DNA of 58,956 nucleotides from a virus (Duplodnaviria; Caudoviricetes): IMG/VR virus record IMGVR_UViG_3300019863_000024, positions 1 to 58,956 of that record; one strand, 5' to 3'. Shown piece by piece: positions 39,782 to 50,789 of this stretch (position 1 is its first letter; each line of letters starts with the position of its first letter). The notes under the pieces were generated by a model. It saw only the letters and a program-made list of their open reading frames with translations, ran no database searches and was not told where the DNA came from. The position numbers and the translations under genes were made by a program.

Positions 39782-42700
39782 ATGCCTATATACAGTGATA
39801 AGACATACAATGAGAACATACAAAATCAAGTAGATAGTTTTCAAAATGATGCTATAGATAGAGAACAAACTGTTCAGGATCAAGCTGACATCGGTGAAGA
39901 GGTTAGTGATAGACTAAACTATGAAGCTGGACGTGATTATGAAATAGCTCAAGATAATAATAAAATTAAGTTTACTGAACCTCAAAAAGATACAGGTAAG
40001 GTTGCTGAGTATTGGAATAAATCTCTTGATTTCTTAGGAGCTCCAGAATCATTAAGAGCTAATGAGGTTCATAATGGTAAAGCTTATGATGCAAGAAATA
40101 AAAGACCAACTATCTATGCTGATTATAGTAAAGATGATTTAATTAATGAAGTTAATAATGTCAAAGAAGATCCTAATGCTAAACATGTCTTATACAATAT
40201 AAAGTATTATGTAGGTAAAGATAAGTATGGTGACAGTAAGTATGCTTACAAGACAGGTGTTGATTCAGTATCTGCATTCAATAGATATAAAGAACAATTA
40301 GGTAATAACGTTAAGATAGTATTTGAAAAAAGATTTGCAGGTGCTGAGGATGCTGAGAATCGCTTTCACCAGCTAGAAGCAGAGCAAGGTACACAATTAG
40401 CTTCTGACAAACAAGAAGCCTTTAAACAGGGTATAGGATCATTTGGTTCAGGATACACAGAGTTTACTAATGAAGATTACTTTAATGGTGAAGATAAGAA
40501 CTATAAAGACTTTAATAGTGCTTTCAATAAATCTGAACAAGAATACAGTGAGGATATGAAGTATAGAGCAACTCATAACTCAAATAATACTACATGGGAT
40601 AAGTTAAAAGGTGGAGACTATACAGATGCTTTTGAGTCAGGAGCTATGGAGCTTGTTGGTGGAATTGGTGATGCTATAGCTACTGGAGTTGGTTTTGGTT
40701 TGAACGAGTTAGGATTAAGAAATAACTTAGCCAACACTAACTGGTTTAACAAACTAAAGAATAATGCTGATAAGTATTCAGGATACGATAGAAGAAGCTC
40801 AACACAAGCTATGGTTGAATCTACTAACTTATGGAATAAAGGGTATTATGTTCAAGCTCTATGGAATAATAAAGCTGATTTATCTGATTCAATTGTAGAG
40901 TCTATTCCTGAGATGCTAACAATGACAGTAGGGTTACCAGAATTAGGTGCTATAAAGCTAGTAAAGGGGTTAAATGAAGCTAATAAGGCTTTAAGGGTAG
41001 CACAAGAAGCTGGAGACATAGAAAAGGTCTCAGAGCTAAGCAATAAAGTAAGAGTATTATCAACTTCATTCAAAGATTTAGGTGAAGAGGGAATTAAAGC
41101 TGCAGACACTATAAATAACCTTTCTTTAGGTAATAAGATTACTAACATTATGAAAAGAGAAGCTGGATTTGAAGCAGTAGTATCCAAGAACACTAATAAT
41201 GTAATTGAAGAACGTATACATAATGGTGATAATGATATTACAACTGGAGAGTTTGCTGGAATCTTAGCTTCTCAATTCCTATCTACAGCTACTGATAGAT
41301 TTGCATTCAAAGAGATAGTTGGTGATAATAAAGTCTTAGGAGCTTTAAAAGATGTATTCAAAACCTCATCAGAGGAAGTTAAAAAGAATATTATCCATAA
41401 GGTAGCATCAACAGCTATAGGTTTAGGTGTTTCAGGAGTGGAAGAGGGAACTCAAGAATATCTTCAAACTTGGAGTGAGATTGCTGGAGCTCAACTAGGA
41501 GTTAAAGGTAAAACAATAGATGATGTCTTATCAGATAAGAGTAATCAAGACCAAGCTTTAGGATCAGCTATAGCTGGAGCTGTTGGTGGTGTAACTATGC
41601 ATAGCATTGCTCATGGCTCAAAAGCAGTATTAAAAGGTGCAAAGGCTGGAACAAAGAAAGGTGTTAATGTAGCTAATGATTTACTAAAACGAAATAATAT
41701 TCATTTAGAAACATCTGAGGAAGAAGCTTCACAAATCAAGACAATAGATGACTTTAACAATAAAGATTTATCACCTGAAAGTAAGATGATGTCTGTTGGG
41801 TTACACTTAGACAAATCAAAATCTCATGTCATTACTGGTATGGACTCTAAAGGTATAACTCCTCTAGTTTCTGATATTCTAAAATCTGTTAAACATGATA
41901 CTAAAAAGACAGACTTATTTAAAGAGTATCTAACACAAAAGTTAGCAGATAATGTCTATAACACTAATACTACAGATAAGAAAGATTTACTTATAGCTAG
42001 AGATTTAGGTCTTGATATAGATAACTCTATGTACAACAAAGCTTTAGAAACTGCAAGAAATGTTGTTAATAATGTAGTATCTGAGAAAAGAGAAGAACAG
42101 TTAAATAAGGCTGTTAATTCTCAAGGGTCTGAAACAATAGGTGATGCTTTAGAAATCTCTCCAGATGAAGGATTCTTTGAAGATTATAGAGTTAATAAAA
42201 GTAGTCCATCTTTAACTAAAACACCTGATGGAAAGAAAGAAAATCCTTTCTACGGTAAGTTTGATAGTCAAATAATATCTCTAAATAGACAGATAGAAGC
42301 TATGGAATCTTCTAAATTAGACACTAAGAAGACTAGAGAATATAGAGACTCCTTAATTAAAAAGAATACTGCTAAGTATACACCACTTAAATCATTAGAG
42401 GAAGTTGTAGAAGATATTGAAAACCTAGGATTTAGAGATGAGAATGGTGTAATAGATCCTGATAAACAATCATTAAACTATTATGATAAATCATTACCAT
42501 TAAGTGTATCTTCTTTTGGTTATGATGAGAATATCTTATTAAATAAGTTTGTAGGGTTTGCTAAGTCTCGGATCAATAAAGCTGATTATATTGAAAAAGA
42601 TAATTTAGCATCTAAGGTTATTGAAGAGAACTCATCTTTATTGGATATAGCAGTTAAAACATTGTCAACTATTAAGAGAGATGAAAACTTAACTTCAAAA

Positions 42701-45700
42701 CAAAAAGAAGAAAGTGTCTCTAAAGTTACTGAGGCTATTGACAATGTTCATGTCTCAAATAGAGCTTTATTGGATAGAGCATTAAATAGACATAGTGAAC
42801 CTTTAGACTCAAAAGAGAGTAATCCTGAGTTAGATGGTTCTTATGTTGTTAGTGATGGTGTAGTAAAGCAATTAATCTTAAAAGACTTAACAGATGCTAA
42901 ATCATACCAAGATATAGAGGTTGTTAAGAATAAGATTAAAGGAACTTATGGAACTCTACCAGTGTACTTTAATGATAAAGATGGAAGTGATATCTTACTT
43001 GCTATAGAAGATAAGAAAGATAAGTTATTTAAAGAACATGTACGATCTAAACCTAACAATAAAAAAGTTAATGTTAATAATACAAATAATAATGATAACT
43101 CTAATGATAGTGATACTAACCCTACTTCTATTACTAATGATGCTATGTCTATTGGTGATAGTGAAAGTCTTAATAATAGTGATGATACTACTTCTACAAG
43201 TAATGATAACAACACTAATGTTAGTACTGACTATGGAAAGATTAACTTTATTAGTTCAATGAGAAACTTTTTGATTAAGAGTAAACCAACAAATACTATT
43301 ACATCAGAATTATTTGAAGCATCTATCAAAGGTTTGTTAACTATTAAAGATCCACAAACTAGAGAGAGTATATCAAGTAAGTTATCTACATACAATCTTA
43401 ATGATAATCAAATTAGTGCTGTCTATGATGCATTAACATACAATAAGAAAGATTATAATGATAATATACCTACTCAAGGAGTTAAACAAAATAATTCTAT
43501 AGAAGAGTTTAAAAGGTTAACATCCTTAAAAGAATCAATAAATAAGTTAATTAACAACATTAAGGTATCTAACAATAGACTAGAGTCCAAAGCGTTAAAA
43601 GAAGCCTTAAGTGAAGCAGAGTCAGAGTTAAATACCCTATCTAAAGTAATTGTTGATATGGAAAACAACCTTAATACTCAAAAGAAGCATTTAACTAATG
43701 ATAATACTATTACTAAAGAAAATCCTGAAATGAACTCTATCAGAACCTTATATCTAAAGGGTCTAAGAATTGTTGAATCTTTATATAATAAGTTACTTAC
43801 TGTTAAAGCTTCTAAAAAAGAGTTAAATTATACATTCTCATATTTACAAAAGATAGTTAAACAGATAGATAGAAGTTCTAAAGTTAATAAGTTATCTATA
43901 GATAAGGCTACTAAAAATTTACAGATACTTGAAAGAACTATTCAAAAACGATTAGATAACTTGAGTATACCTACTATTGCATACAAGTCAGAGATAGCAG
44001 AAGTGGCTAAGCTAGAAAAACATACTAACCCTAAAGTAGTTAAATTTGCTAAAAATGTTAAACGTAAGCTACTCAGTAAAGATGATGATCATGTTGGTAA
44101 AATTAAACTTGTTAAAAAGTTAAGAGAATACTCTAAATCTATTAATGCTAAGTCTGATCAAGTTGGTACTAAAGAAGATATTGAAACTTCTACTAAATCT
44201 AAAGTTGAGAATACTACTAAATCGTCTGAAAATGCCCGTGAAGAGCAATCTAACACTATAGGCAATGGATTGGTTAAACCTACTAATAAAACTGTTATTT
44301 CAGATACTCTAAACAAGACTGATACTAATACCTCAGATAATAATCTTACAAATGAAAACACTACAGAATCTTCAGAAGACGAAGTAATACTTCAATCATG
44401 GGATACTAAAGCTACACACTCCTTACTAGATCAATTCAAAGTTAATTTTAATGAGTTAAAAGTGTTACTTAGTAAAGATAGGAATGATGCAAACAATACC
44501 AGCATTAATAAAACATTAGAATCTATGAAGAAGAATACACTGGATAGATTAGACACTTTAGAGTTTGATTTAAAGAATAATGAAAGAAGAACTCATGATA
44601 AGATAGTAGATGCTCAAGATAGGAAATCAAAGACAATCTCATCACTTGAGAAACAGATTTTTAGTTTATACAAATCATTAAATCATCATGCAAAACGTAA
44701 AGATACTCCTAAGTTCTATACTACTTATAAAAATATCCTAAAGAAAGAGATACTATTACAAAGTTTAACATTTAAAGAATCTCCATCAAAGCTTAATGGA
44801 TATAAGAATGTTGCTAAAGCTTATGCTAAATCTATAGACGATGAATTAGAGTTAAATACATTAGAGGTCAATCATAATAATAAGGTTAAGATATTAGCTT
44901 CTAAACTAAAATCAACATTAAAACTAGGAAGACTACTTGTTAATAAATACTTTAACCAAAAGAAGAGAATCCTAGAAAAGATTAAGACTGAAACAGAAAC
45001 ATTAGATACTTTAAATGAGACTATATCAACATTCAATGATCAAAATAAGATTAGTGATGAAGCTATGGATTACCTTGAATCTAAGTTTCTATCTACTAAA
45101 GTTAAAGATTCTACTGATGTTCGTATATTCTCTAATGGTGAGAAGATAGTTAACTGGTTTAGTAAATATAACCCAAGTCTATTACAAATATTTGAAGTCT
45201 CTAATAGCCCTATCTCTAAGATATCTAGTATATTAACTTCTAACAAACCTATATCTAAGATAGAAGAAGAATATTTACATGAGAATCTATCTGAGAGTAG
45301 TTCTGACAAATTAACTACTATAGACTTAGACAACATTAAATCTCTCAATAAGGTAGTTAATGGGTTCGTAGGTTCATTACAAGGGTCTACAGAGGTAGAT
45401 AATGGTAGTTTCTTCTCAACAAATGGGGTTGTATTCAACATAGCTAACATGTTTAGAAGAGTAAAAGGTGCAAAGACTATCTCAACTCAAGGTGATGTGA
45501 ATAGAGCTACAAAGTTAGTTAATGGTCTTACTTACTCAGCTATACAAGAAGTTAAATTTAATATCTTAAAGATGGATAATTCAGATATCTCAAAAAACTT
45601 TAATATCCTTGGTGACTCTAACATTACAACATTTAGAAGAGATATTATAAATAATCATATTCCTCTTGCATCAGTACGTGAAGACCTTGCTAATGAATTA

Positions 45701-48700
45701 AAAACCCTTATAGGTATCAAAGTAAGAAAAGACTCTGATGAGAAGAATAATAGACTATATGATGCTACTATGAAGACTATAATAGAGTCTGTCTTACAAG
45801 AGAGTCCTATGTTTTCTTTAGAGACTAAAAAGTATAGTGCAAATCAATCATATAAGCTTATAACACTTAACAATGACTTCCTAGATAGTAACTTTTCAGA
45901 AGAAGATATCTCAGGTATTAAGAATGCATTCTCTAAATTATCATATATAACTGGAACTAAAAAGAAAGCTCATCCAAGCTATAAACCTCATAAGATTCCT
46001 GATAAGATTCGTAATGGTGTAGTTAAACTTTTAAAACAAGATATAGAAAAGCTTACTAAACTAAACAATACTCCTTATGTTTATTCAGATAGATTTGAGA
46101 GTGTTGCTAAGGTGTACGAGAATGACAAAGAGTTAGCTTATAGTATGTTTGGTAAGGTTAGTGAAGAAAAGCTCTCAGAATTGAACCTCGAAGACTATAC
46201 GACTACTCAATCAGTTAATGAACAAATAGAAAGAGACTTAGATAATCTATATAAGTATTATGGTGAGTTTAAGGGTAAAGAATTTTATTTACCTTATGGT
46301 GTAACTAAGTCTAACAGAACACAAATATTCTCTGATATCACACCTATGGATAGTAAGATTCATAGAGAGTTTGTAATTAAGAAACCATTTATTAAAGATA
46401 TATCTCCTCATATAGGTAACTATAGAGATCCTATTGATATGCATGGGGATTCTTTTAGTGATGAAGAGTTATTTGAGATAGCTTTATCAGAATCTTTTGA
46501 TTTAGATCCAGATAAGAAAGGTAGATTCCAATTATTCTCTGATTTAAGGGATATTGTAGATATTTACCCTACAGATGGTGTTAAGATAAAAGGTAAGAAG
46601 TTTCAATTTATTAAAGACTTTATAGAAAACCCTATAGAAGACTTATCTATACTTGATACAGGAGATTGGTCTAAGAATATGCAATCTCATAAACAGTTTC
46701 ATGCTATCCTTGAGTTAAGAAATATTCATCAAAGTAAAGTGAATGGATATCAAACAGTTAAACATGATCTTACAATTGAAGCAGATGCTATAACCTCAGG
46801 TACAGGAATCTTAACATTACAATCAGGTTTAAGTCCTCAGAATGAAGAGTTAATGGAGAAAGCTGGTATCTTAAATAATGAACAATTAACTAAAAGAACA
46901 GCATATACTAAGAAGTTATTAGCTCATAAACATAATGTCTCAGAAGATGATATTGACATGACTATGCCATCACTAATTGAAGCTGGAGATTATCACTATA
47001 AGATAATGAATGACAACTCTTTTGATGCTCATACACTTGGTATTGATGACAATGAGCTCTATTTAGATATCTATAAAACTATGGGTTCTGATGTTATGCA
47101 TGAGGGTTTTGATGGTGACTCTATGGATGGTGAAGATACTGATGTTAAAGTTAGAGCATTCAATATGGCAAAGTCTACCTTAGAGGCTTTAGCTTTAGAG
47201 AAAGGTCTATCTTGGTTTAGAAAGATATCTAAGCCTCCAGTAATGACCTTTAACTATGGTTCAGCTATATCATCTATCAAAGAAGACTTAAGAGAGAATA
47301 CTTTTGATAAGATGTTCTTAAGTAGCCTAAGAGGTGATAATAAATTTGCTAACCTTGTTATTATCTCTGCTCATAATAAGACTAAGAAAGTAAACAGACA
47401 AGGGTGGAGTAAGCATCAAAATATAGCTTATAATAAAAAAGTTATATCAGACTATTGGCTTGCTCTAAATAAGAACTTTTATATTCCAGATGAGTTTATA
47501 GAAGACTTAAATACTAATGATAGAAAAGAGTTGAGTAAATATGCTCAAATAACTGATAAAGGTATTATTAACATTCTTCAAGAACAATCAGATATATTAC
47601 TAGGTGATAAGTTTGAAAAGTCTTTTAATAATAGAATGAAAACTATAACAGAGTATAGAGAAGCTTTACAACATATGGATGTAGTTCATGCTGAAACCTT
47701 TAAGTTCTTATTTGAACATTCAGTAGATGAATTAAGAAAAAATAAGAAAATTGAAGTAACAAGTAAAGATAGATTAGACTTTGCTGAAAGAGCTAAGGTT
47801 GAAAATTTAGAAGACCTAGAGAAAGAGTATGAAGTTAAAGCTAATATTAATGCTAATAGATTAACTATTCAAGATATATCAAATGTCTTAGATACTCTTA
47901 ATGCTGATGGTCTAGGCTACACCTTATCATTGTTTAATAGACTTCAAGAGTTCTATAAATCTGCAGATGATAAACAAGTCTTAACAGAACGTTCATATTT
48001 CAAAGGTAATAATCAGAAAGATGGTATAAGTTATGAAGCTCAGGTAGAAGAATTTATTGCAAACTTTAGAGCCTATACTACAACTTCTATCCATAATATT
48101 GATGATGAACAAATGAGAAGAGCTTTACTTGATAATGATTTTTCATCTATTTATGATGCTATCATATTTCCTAGTGAACAAAAGGTAATTAATAAGACTA
48201 CTGATACATATAACCAAGAGATGATTTATACCAATAGAGATAATAGTATTATGACATCTACAGTAGCTAAGTTGAACACCATGATAACTAAGATTAAAGA
48301 ATTAGGATTAGAACAAGAGTTCTATGATAGATTCAATATGTTTGATGCTAAGAATGCTCCTGAGGTATACTCAGAGACTACTATAGTAGCAAATGGACTA
48401 GACCCTATGAGAGGTATCTACAATGGTAAGACAGCTAACAATAGAAAGATTCAGACATTACCAGATGTTAAAGGAACTAGAAAAGTAGGTACATACACTA
48501 TTAAACTTTCAAATAGTAAAAATTCATTCTCTGTCAGTGAAAACATCAAAGGTAAGAATGATAGTAATATAGAAACTACAAGGTATCAATATACAAAGTC
48601 AGATAATGGAGATTCTTTATACGATTTGAAGATAATAGCTACAGGTTATAATTTCAAGACTAGAGAGTTTAATTTTAAGAGGGATAGACTTGTAGGTGAG

Positions 48701-49480
48701 GTAACTGACTTACCAATAAATCCTGAATCTCTAAATGGATATGGAAATGTTTTAAATCTAAACAATGAGATTATCAGAGATTTAACCAATAATAAAACTC
48801 CTTTAAAAAATCTACATACTGAAAAACGTAATGAAACAGCATTATCAAGTGAAATGATTCTAAATGAAAACTCTCTTCATGATGCATTAAGACAAATAAA
48901 GTTTGTAGGTGATGGTGTAGACTTTCAAGTTAAATCTACTATAGATACTATAAATAAAGTTAACAATGGTAGAGATAAGTTATCTAAGAAGTCTCTCAAC
49001 GTTAACCATATGGCTGTACTAGGAACTCAATTTAAAGGAGTAAATGCATCTGACTCTAAAGATATCAATAAAGATGTAGATGTTAATGTTGTTAGAGATA
49101 TACTTACTAAATCACAAAATAATTATATAAAAGGTATAGTTGACTTCTTATCAGCTAAATATCCTGATATAGAATTATTCAAAGATATAAGTATGATAAA
49201 GGATGGTCTTGTTGATATAACACCTCTGATAAATGATGGTGAGTATATGCGATTAGCGACATTATTTAATGAAGTTACTGGATTGGAAGAGTATCAGAAT
49301 ACGATATTTAACCCTAATTTAGCATTTAAGTATACTACTAAGGTTATTGATAGAAAAGCTCATATAGTCGAAAATAAGGCTAACAATGATGTATCTTCTA
49401 AACCTATAAAACCTATTATAGAAAATAAGTCTATGAAGATTATTGAAGACTATCTAAATGATCCAGATAGAGGATGTTAG
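39782..49480 (+). CDS. Virion-encapsidated RNA polymerase (N4 gp50-like), N-terminal and polymerase part
   Basis: YGVTKSNRTQ, IEADAITSG (motif A), RKISKPPVMTFNYGS (motif B), SIHNID, SIYDAI (motif C); only Cys is the terminal residue. Confidence 0.9.
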   Translation: MPIYSDKTYNENIQNQVDSFQNDAIDREQTVQDQADIGEEVSDRLNYEAGRDYEIAQDNNKIKFTEPQKDTGKVAEYWNKSLDFLGAPESLRANEVHNGKAYDARNKRPTIYADYSKDDLINEVNNVKEDPNAKHVLYNIKYYVGKDKYGDSKYAYKTGVDSVSAFNRYKEQLGNNVKIVFEKRFAGAEDAENRFHQLEAEQGTQLASDKQEAFKQGIGSFGSGYTEFTNEDYFNGEDKNYKDFNSAFNKSEQEYSEDMKYRATHNSNNTTWDKLKGGDYTDAFESGAMELVGGIGDAIATGVGFGLNELGLRNNLANTNWFNKLKNNADKYSGYDRRSSTQAMVESTNLWNKGYYVQALWNNKADLSDSIVESIPEMLTMTVGLPELGAIKLVKGLNEANKALRVAQEAGDIEKVSELSNKVRVLSTSFKDLGEEGIKAADTINNLSLGNKITNIMKREAGFEAVVSKNTNNVIEERIHNGDNDITTGEFAGILASQFLSTATDRFAFKEIVGDNKVLGALKDVFKTSSEEVKKNIIHKVASTAIGLGVSGVEEGTQEYLQTWSEIAGAQLGVKGKTIDDVLSDKSNQDQALGSAIAGAVGGVTMHSIAHGSKAVLKGAKAGTKKGVNVANDLLKRNNIHLETSEEEASQIKTIDDFNNKDLSPESKMMSVGLHLDKSKSHVITGMDSKGITPLVSDILKSVKHDTKKTDLFKEYLTQKLADNVYNTNTTDKKDLLIARDLGLDIDNSMYNKALETARNVVNNVVSEKREEQLNKAVNSQGSETIGDALEISPDEGFFEDYRVNKSSPSLTKTPDGKKENPFYGKFDSQIISLNRQIEAMESSKLDTKKTREYRDSLIKKNTAKYTPLKSLEEVVEDIENLGFRDENGVIDPDKQSLNYYDKSLPLSVSSFGYDENILLNKFVGFAKSRINKADYIEKDNLASKVIEENSSLLDIAVKTLSTIKRDENLTSKQKEESVSKVTEAIDNVHVSNRALLDRALNRHSEPLDSKESNPELDGSYVVSDGVVKQLILKDLTDAKSYQDIEVVKNKIKGTYGTLPVYFNDKDGSDILLAIEDKKDKLFKEHVRSKPNNKKVNVNNTNNNDNSNDSDTNPTSITNDAMSIGDSESLNNSDDTTSTSNDNNTNVSTDYGKINFISSMRNFLIKSKPTNTITSELFEASIKGLLTIKDPQTRESISSKLSTYNLNDNQISAVYDALTYNKKDYNDNIPTQGVKQNNSIEEFKRLTSLKESINKLINNIKVSNNRLESKALKEALSEAESELNTLSKVIVDMENNLNTQKKHLTNDNTITKENPEMNSIRTLYLKGLRIVESLYNKLLTVKASKKELNYTFSYLQKIVKQIDRSSKVNKLSIDKATKNLQILERTIQKRLDNLSIPTIAYKSEIAEVAKLEKHTNPKVVKFAKNVKRKLLSKDDDHVGKIKLVKKLREYSKSINAKSDQVGTKEDIETSTKSKVENTTKSSENAREEQSNTIGNGLVKPTNKTVISDTLNKTDTNTSDNNLTNENTTESSEDEVILQSWDTKATHSLLDQFKVNFNELKVLLSKDRNDANNTSINKTLESMKKNTLDRLDTLEFDLKNNERRTHDKIVDAQDRKSKTISSLEKQIFSLYKSLNHHAKRKDTPKFYTTYKNILKKEILLQSLTFKESPSKLNGYKNVAKAYAKSIDDELELNTLEVNHNNKVKILASKLKSTLKLGRLLVNKYFNQKKRILEKIKTETETLDTLNETISTFNDQNKISDEAMDYLESKFLSTKVKDSTDVRIFSNGEKIVNWFSKYNPSLLQIFEVSNSPISKISSILTSNKPISKIEEEYLHENLSESSSDKLTTIDLDNIKSLNKVVNGFVGSLQGSTEVDNGSFFSTNGVVFNIANMFRRVKGAKTISTQGDVNRATKLVNGLTYSAIQEVKFNILKMDNSDISKNFNILGDSNITTFRRDIINNHIPLASVREDLANELKTLIGIKVRKDSDEKNNRLYDATMKTIIESVLQESPMFSLETKKYSANQSYKLITLNNDFLDSNFSEEDISGIKNAFSKLSYITGTKKKAHPSYKPHKIPDKIRNGVVKLLKQDIEKLTKLNNTPYVYSDRFESVAKVYENDKELAYSMFGKVSEEKLSELNLEDYTTTQSVNEQIERDLDNLYKYYGEFKGKEFYLPYGVTKSNRTQIFSDITPMDSKIHREFVIKKPFIKDISPHIGNYRDPIDMHGDSFSDEELFEIALSESFDLDPDKKGRFQLFSDLRDIVDIYPTDGVKIKGKKFQFIKDFIENPIEDLSILDTGDWSKNMQSHKQFHAILELRNIHQSKVNGYQTVKHDLTIEADAITSGTGILTLQSGLSPQNEELMEKAGILNNEQLTKRTAYTKKLLAHKHNVSEDDIDMTMPSLIEAGDYHYKIMNDNSFDAHTLGIDDNELYLDIYKTMGSDVMHEGFDGDSMDGEDTDVKVRAFNMAKSTLEALALEKGLSWFRKISKPPVMTFNYGSAISSIKEDLRENTFDKMFLSSLRGDNKFANLVIISAHNKTKKVNRQGWSKHQNIAYNKKVISDYWLALNKNFYIPDEFIEDLNTNDRKELSKYAQITDKGIINILQEQSDILLGDKFEKSFNNRMKTITEYREALQHMDVVHAETFKFLFEHSVDELRKNKKIEVTSKDRLDFAERAKVENLEDLEKEYEVKANINANRLTIQDISNVLDTLNADGLGYTLSLFNRLQEFYKSADDKQVLTERSYFKGNNQKDGISYEAQVEEFIANFRAYTTTSIHNIDDEQMRRALLDNDFSSIYDAIIFPSEQKVINKTTDTYNQEMIYTNRDNSIMTSTVAKLNTMITKIKELGLEQEFYDRFNMFDAKNAPEVYSETTIVANGLDPMRGIYNGKTANNRKIQTLPDVKGTRKVGTYTIKLSNSKNSFSVSENIKGKNDSNIETTRYQYTKSDNGDSLYDLKIIATGYNFKTREFNFKRDRLVGEVTDLPINPESLNGYGNVLNLNNEIIRDLTNNKTPLKNLHTEKRNETALSSEMILNENSLHDALRQIKFVGDGVDFQVKSTIDTINKVNNGRDKLSKKSLNVNHMAVLGTQFKGVNASDSKDINKDVDVNVVRDILTKSQNNYIKGIVDFLSAKYPDIELFKDISMIKDGLVDITPLINDGEYMRLATLFNEVTGLEEYQNTIFNPNLAFKYTTKVIDRKAHIVENKANNDVSSKPIKPIIENKSMKIIEDYLNDPDRGC

Positions 49481-49512
49481 TCCTCTTCTGATTGATACTG
49501 CATAAAGTAGAT

Positions 49513-50244
49513 TTATTTAGCTTGTTCTATCTTCTCTTTGTAGTATTCAGATATTTGGTTAAACTCCTCTACTAAACGTTCATATTCACTCTTAACAGGA
49601 CTTCCTGACTCTATCCACTCAGATACTACTTTACGAACTGTTAATGGGTTAAATGTAGGCAGTACACCTTTAGTGTTTCCTATATGTCCCTCTAGGTCTG
49701 GATTAATTGTTCTTATAGTAGTAGCTTTAGCTTTAGTTACTACAAACCCTTTCCATACCAATGCATTCCAAATATCATGTTCAGTAGGAGCTTCCTCATC
49801 TTCTGTCCAAGCTTCTATACTACATCTTCTAACAGAAGCTTTGCCATCAGAGTATAATTTAGGTTTTTTAGCTTCTAATACAGCTAAAGTCTTTTCTTGT
49901 TGTAGTTTCTCAAATGCAAAGTTAATAATATCTGCTCTTAAGTCTGCATCAAATTTAGCAATAAACCATACCATTGTTTTTAAATTCATCCCGTATGTCT
50001 TTAATTTCTCAATTTTACCTTTACCTGTTTGGACATCCACCATAGATACCCAAAAATCCATAGTGTCAAATCTATCGGCAGATAGTTCAGAAACTTGTAT
50101 TTCAAAACTTTTAACAATTTTGCTATGTTGAAGTTTTGTTTTATTTTTTGTTAAATAATTATCAGCTACATCCTTTAATGTCATAGTCATGTTAGTGTTA
50201 GCTAAAAATTGCTCAGTAGGGTTAAGTGTAATAAGTTCATTCAT
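49513..50244 (-). CDS. Antirepressor-like protein (Rha-like N-terminus, shared C-terminal domain)
   Basis: Real start MNEL at 50244 after AAGGAG; MTLKDVA..H..IVK, TYGMN...FDADLRADII; C-terminus similar to 29658..30326. Confidence 0.7.
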   Translation of the reverse strand: MNELITLNPTEQFLANTNMTMTLKDVADNYLTKNKTKLQHSKIVKSFEIQVSELSADRFDTMDFWVSMVDVQTGKGKIEKLKTYGMNLKTMVWFIAKFDADLRADIINFAFEKLQQEKTLAVLEAKKPKLYSDGKASVRRCSIEAWTEDEEAPTEHDIWNALVWKGFVVTKAKATTIRTINPDLEGHIGNTKGVLPTFNPLTVRKVVSEWIESGSPVKSEYERLVEEFNQISEYYKEKIEQAK

Positions 50245-50445
50245 GATGAAACTCCTTATAAGATTAAGAAGTTTTACAGAGTGCTTCAAGTAGTCACTCC
50301 AAGGTTTACATCTCCATTCAATGTAAATCCATATAGTATTATATCCTATCTAACTTAAAAGGTATGACAGTTGTTTATTCACCGAAAGGATAACCAAGTA
50401 ATTCATTCAACATAGCATTATCTTTAATCTTTCTAATCATTAATT

Positions 50446-50631
50446 CTAGTCTAATAAATCACTTAAGCTAAAATTGGCTTCAGTGAAAAGATGTTCTTTT
50501 TCTCTGATTCTAACAAGAACTTTTCCATGTTCTTTACCAAATACTTTAGCAATTGTTAAACTATCTGTAAATACAGAATCCTCTTGTTGTTTAAACACTA
50601 CTGTAGTGTCATTAATAATTAATTCATTCAT
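50446..50631 (-). pseudogene. Truncated Rha-family regulator
   Basis: MNEL start; TDSLTIAKVFGKEHGKVLVRIR...NFSLS then stop, lacking the rest of the Rha domain. Confidence 0.7.
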
Positions 50632-50770
50632 GATTAATACTTTCAAGACAATAAATTTTAGGTTTAGTAGTAGAGGGTCTCAATCACTACTACTTAAATT
50701 AATAACCTTAATGGAAAGCCTATCAAGTGATAAACTCTCTCATGGAATAGTTTGAGACCCTCCATTAAGA
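50632..50770 (-). ncRNA. Structured leader D (homologue of leader B)
   Basis: On - strand GAGGGTCTCAA (50752-50762) pairs with loop TTGAGACCCTC (50673-50683); GTCTTGA at 50643-50649 next to the RBS. Confidence 0.6.
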
Positions 50771-50789
50771 TTACTTCTGTTAGTATAAC

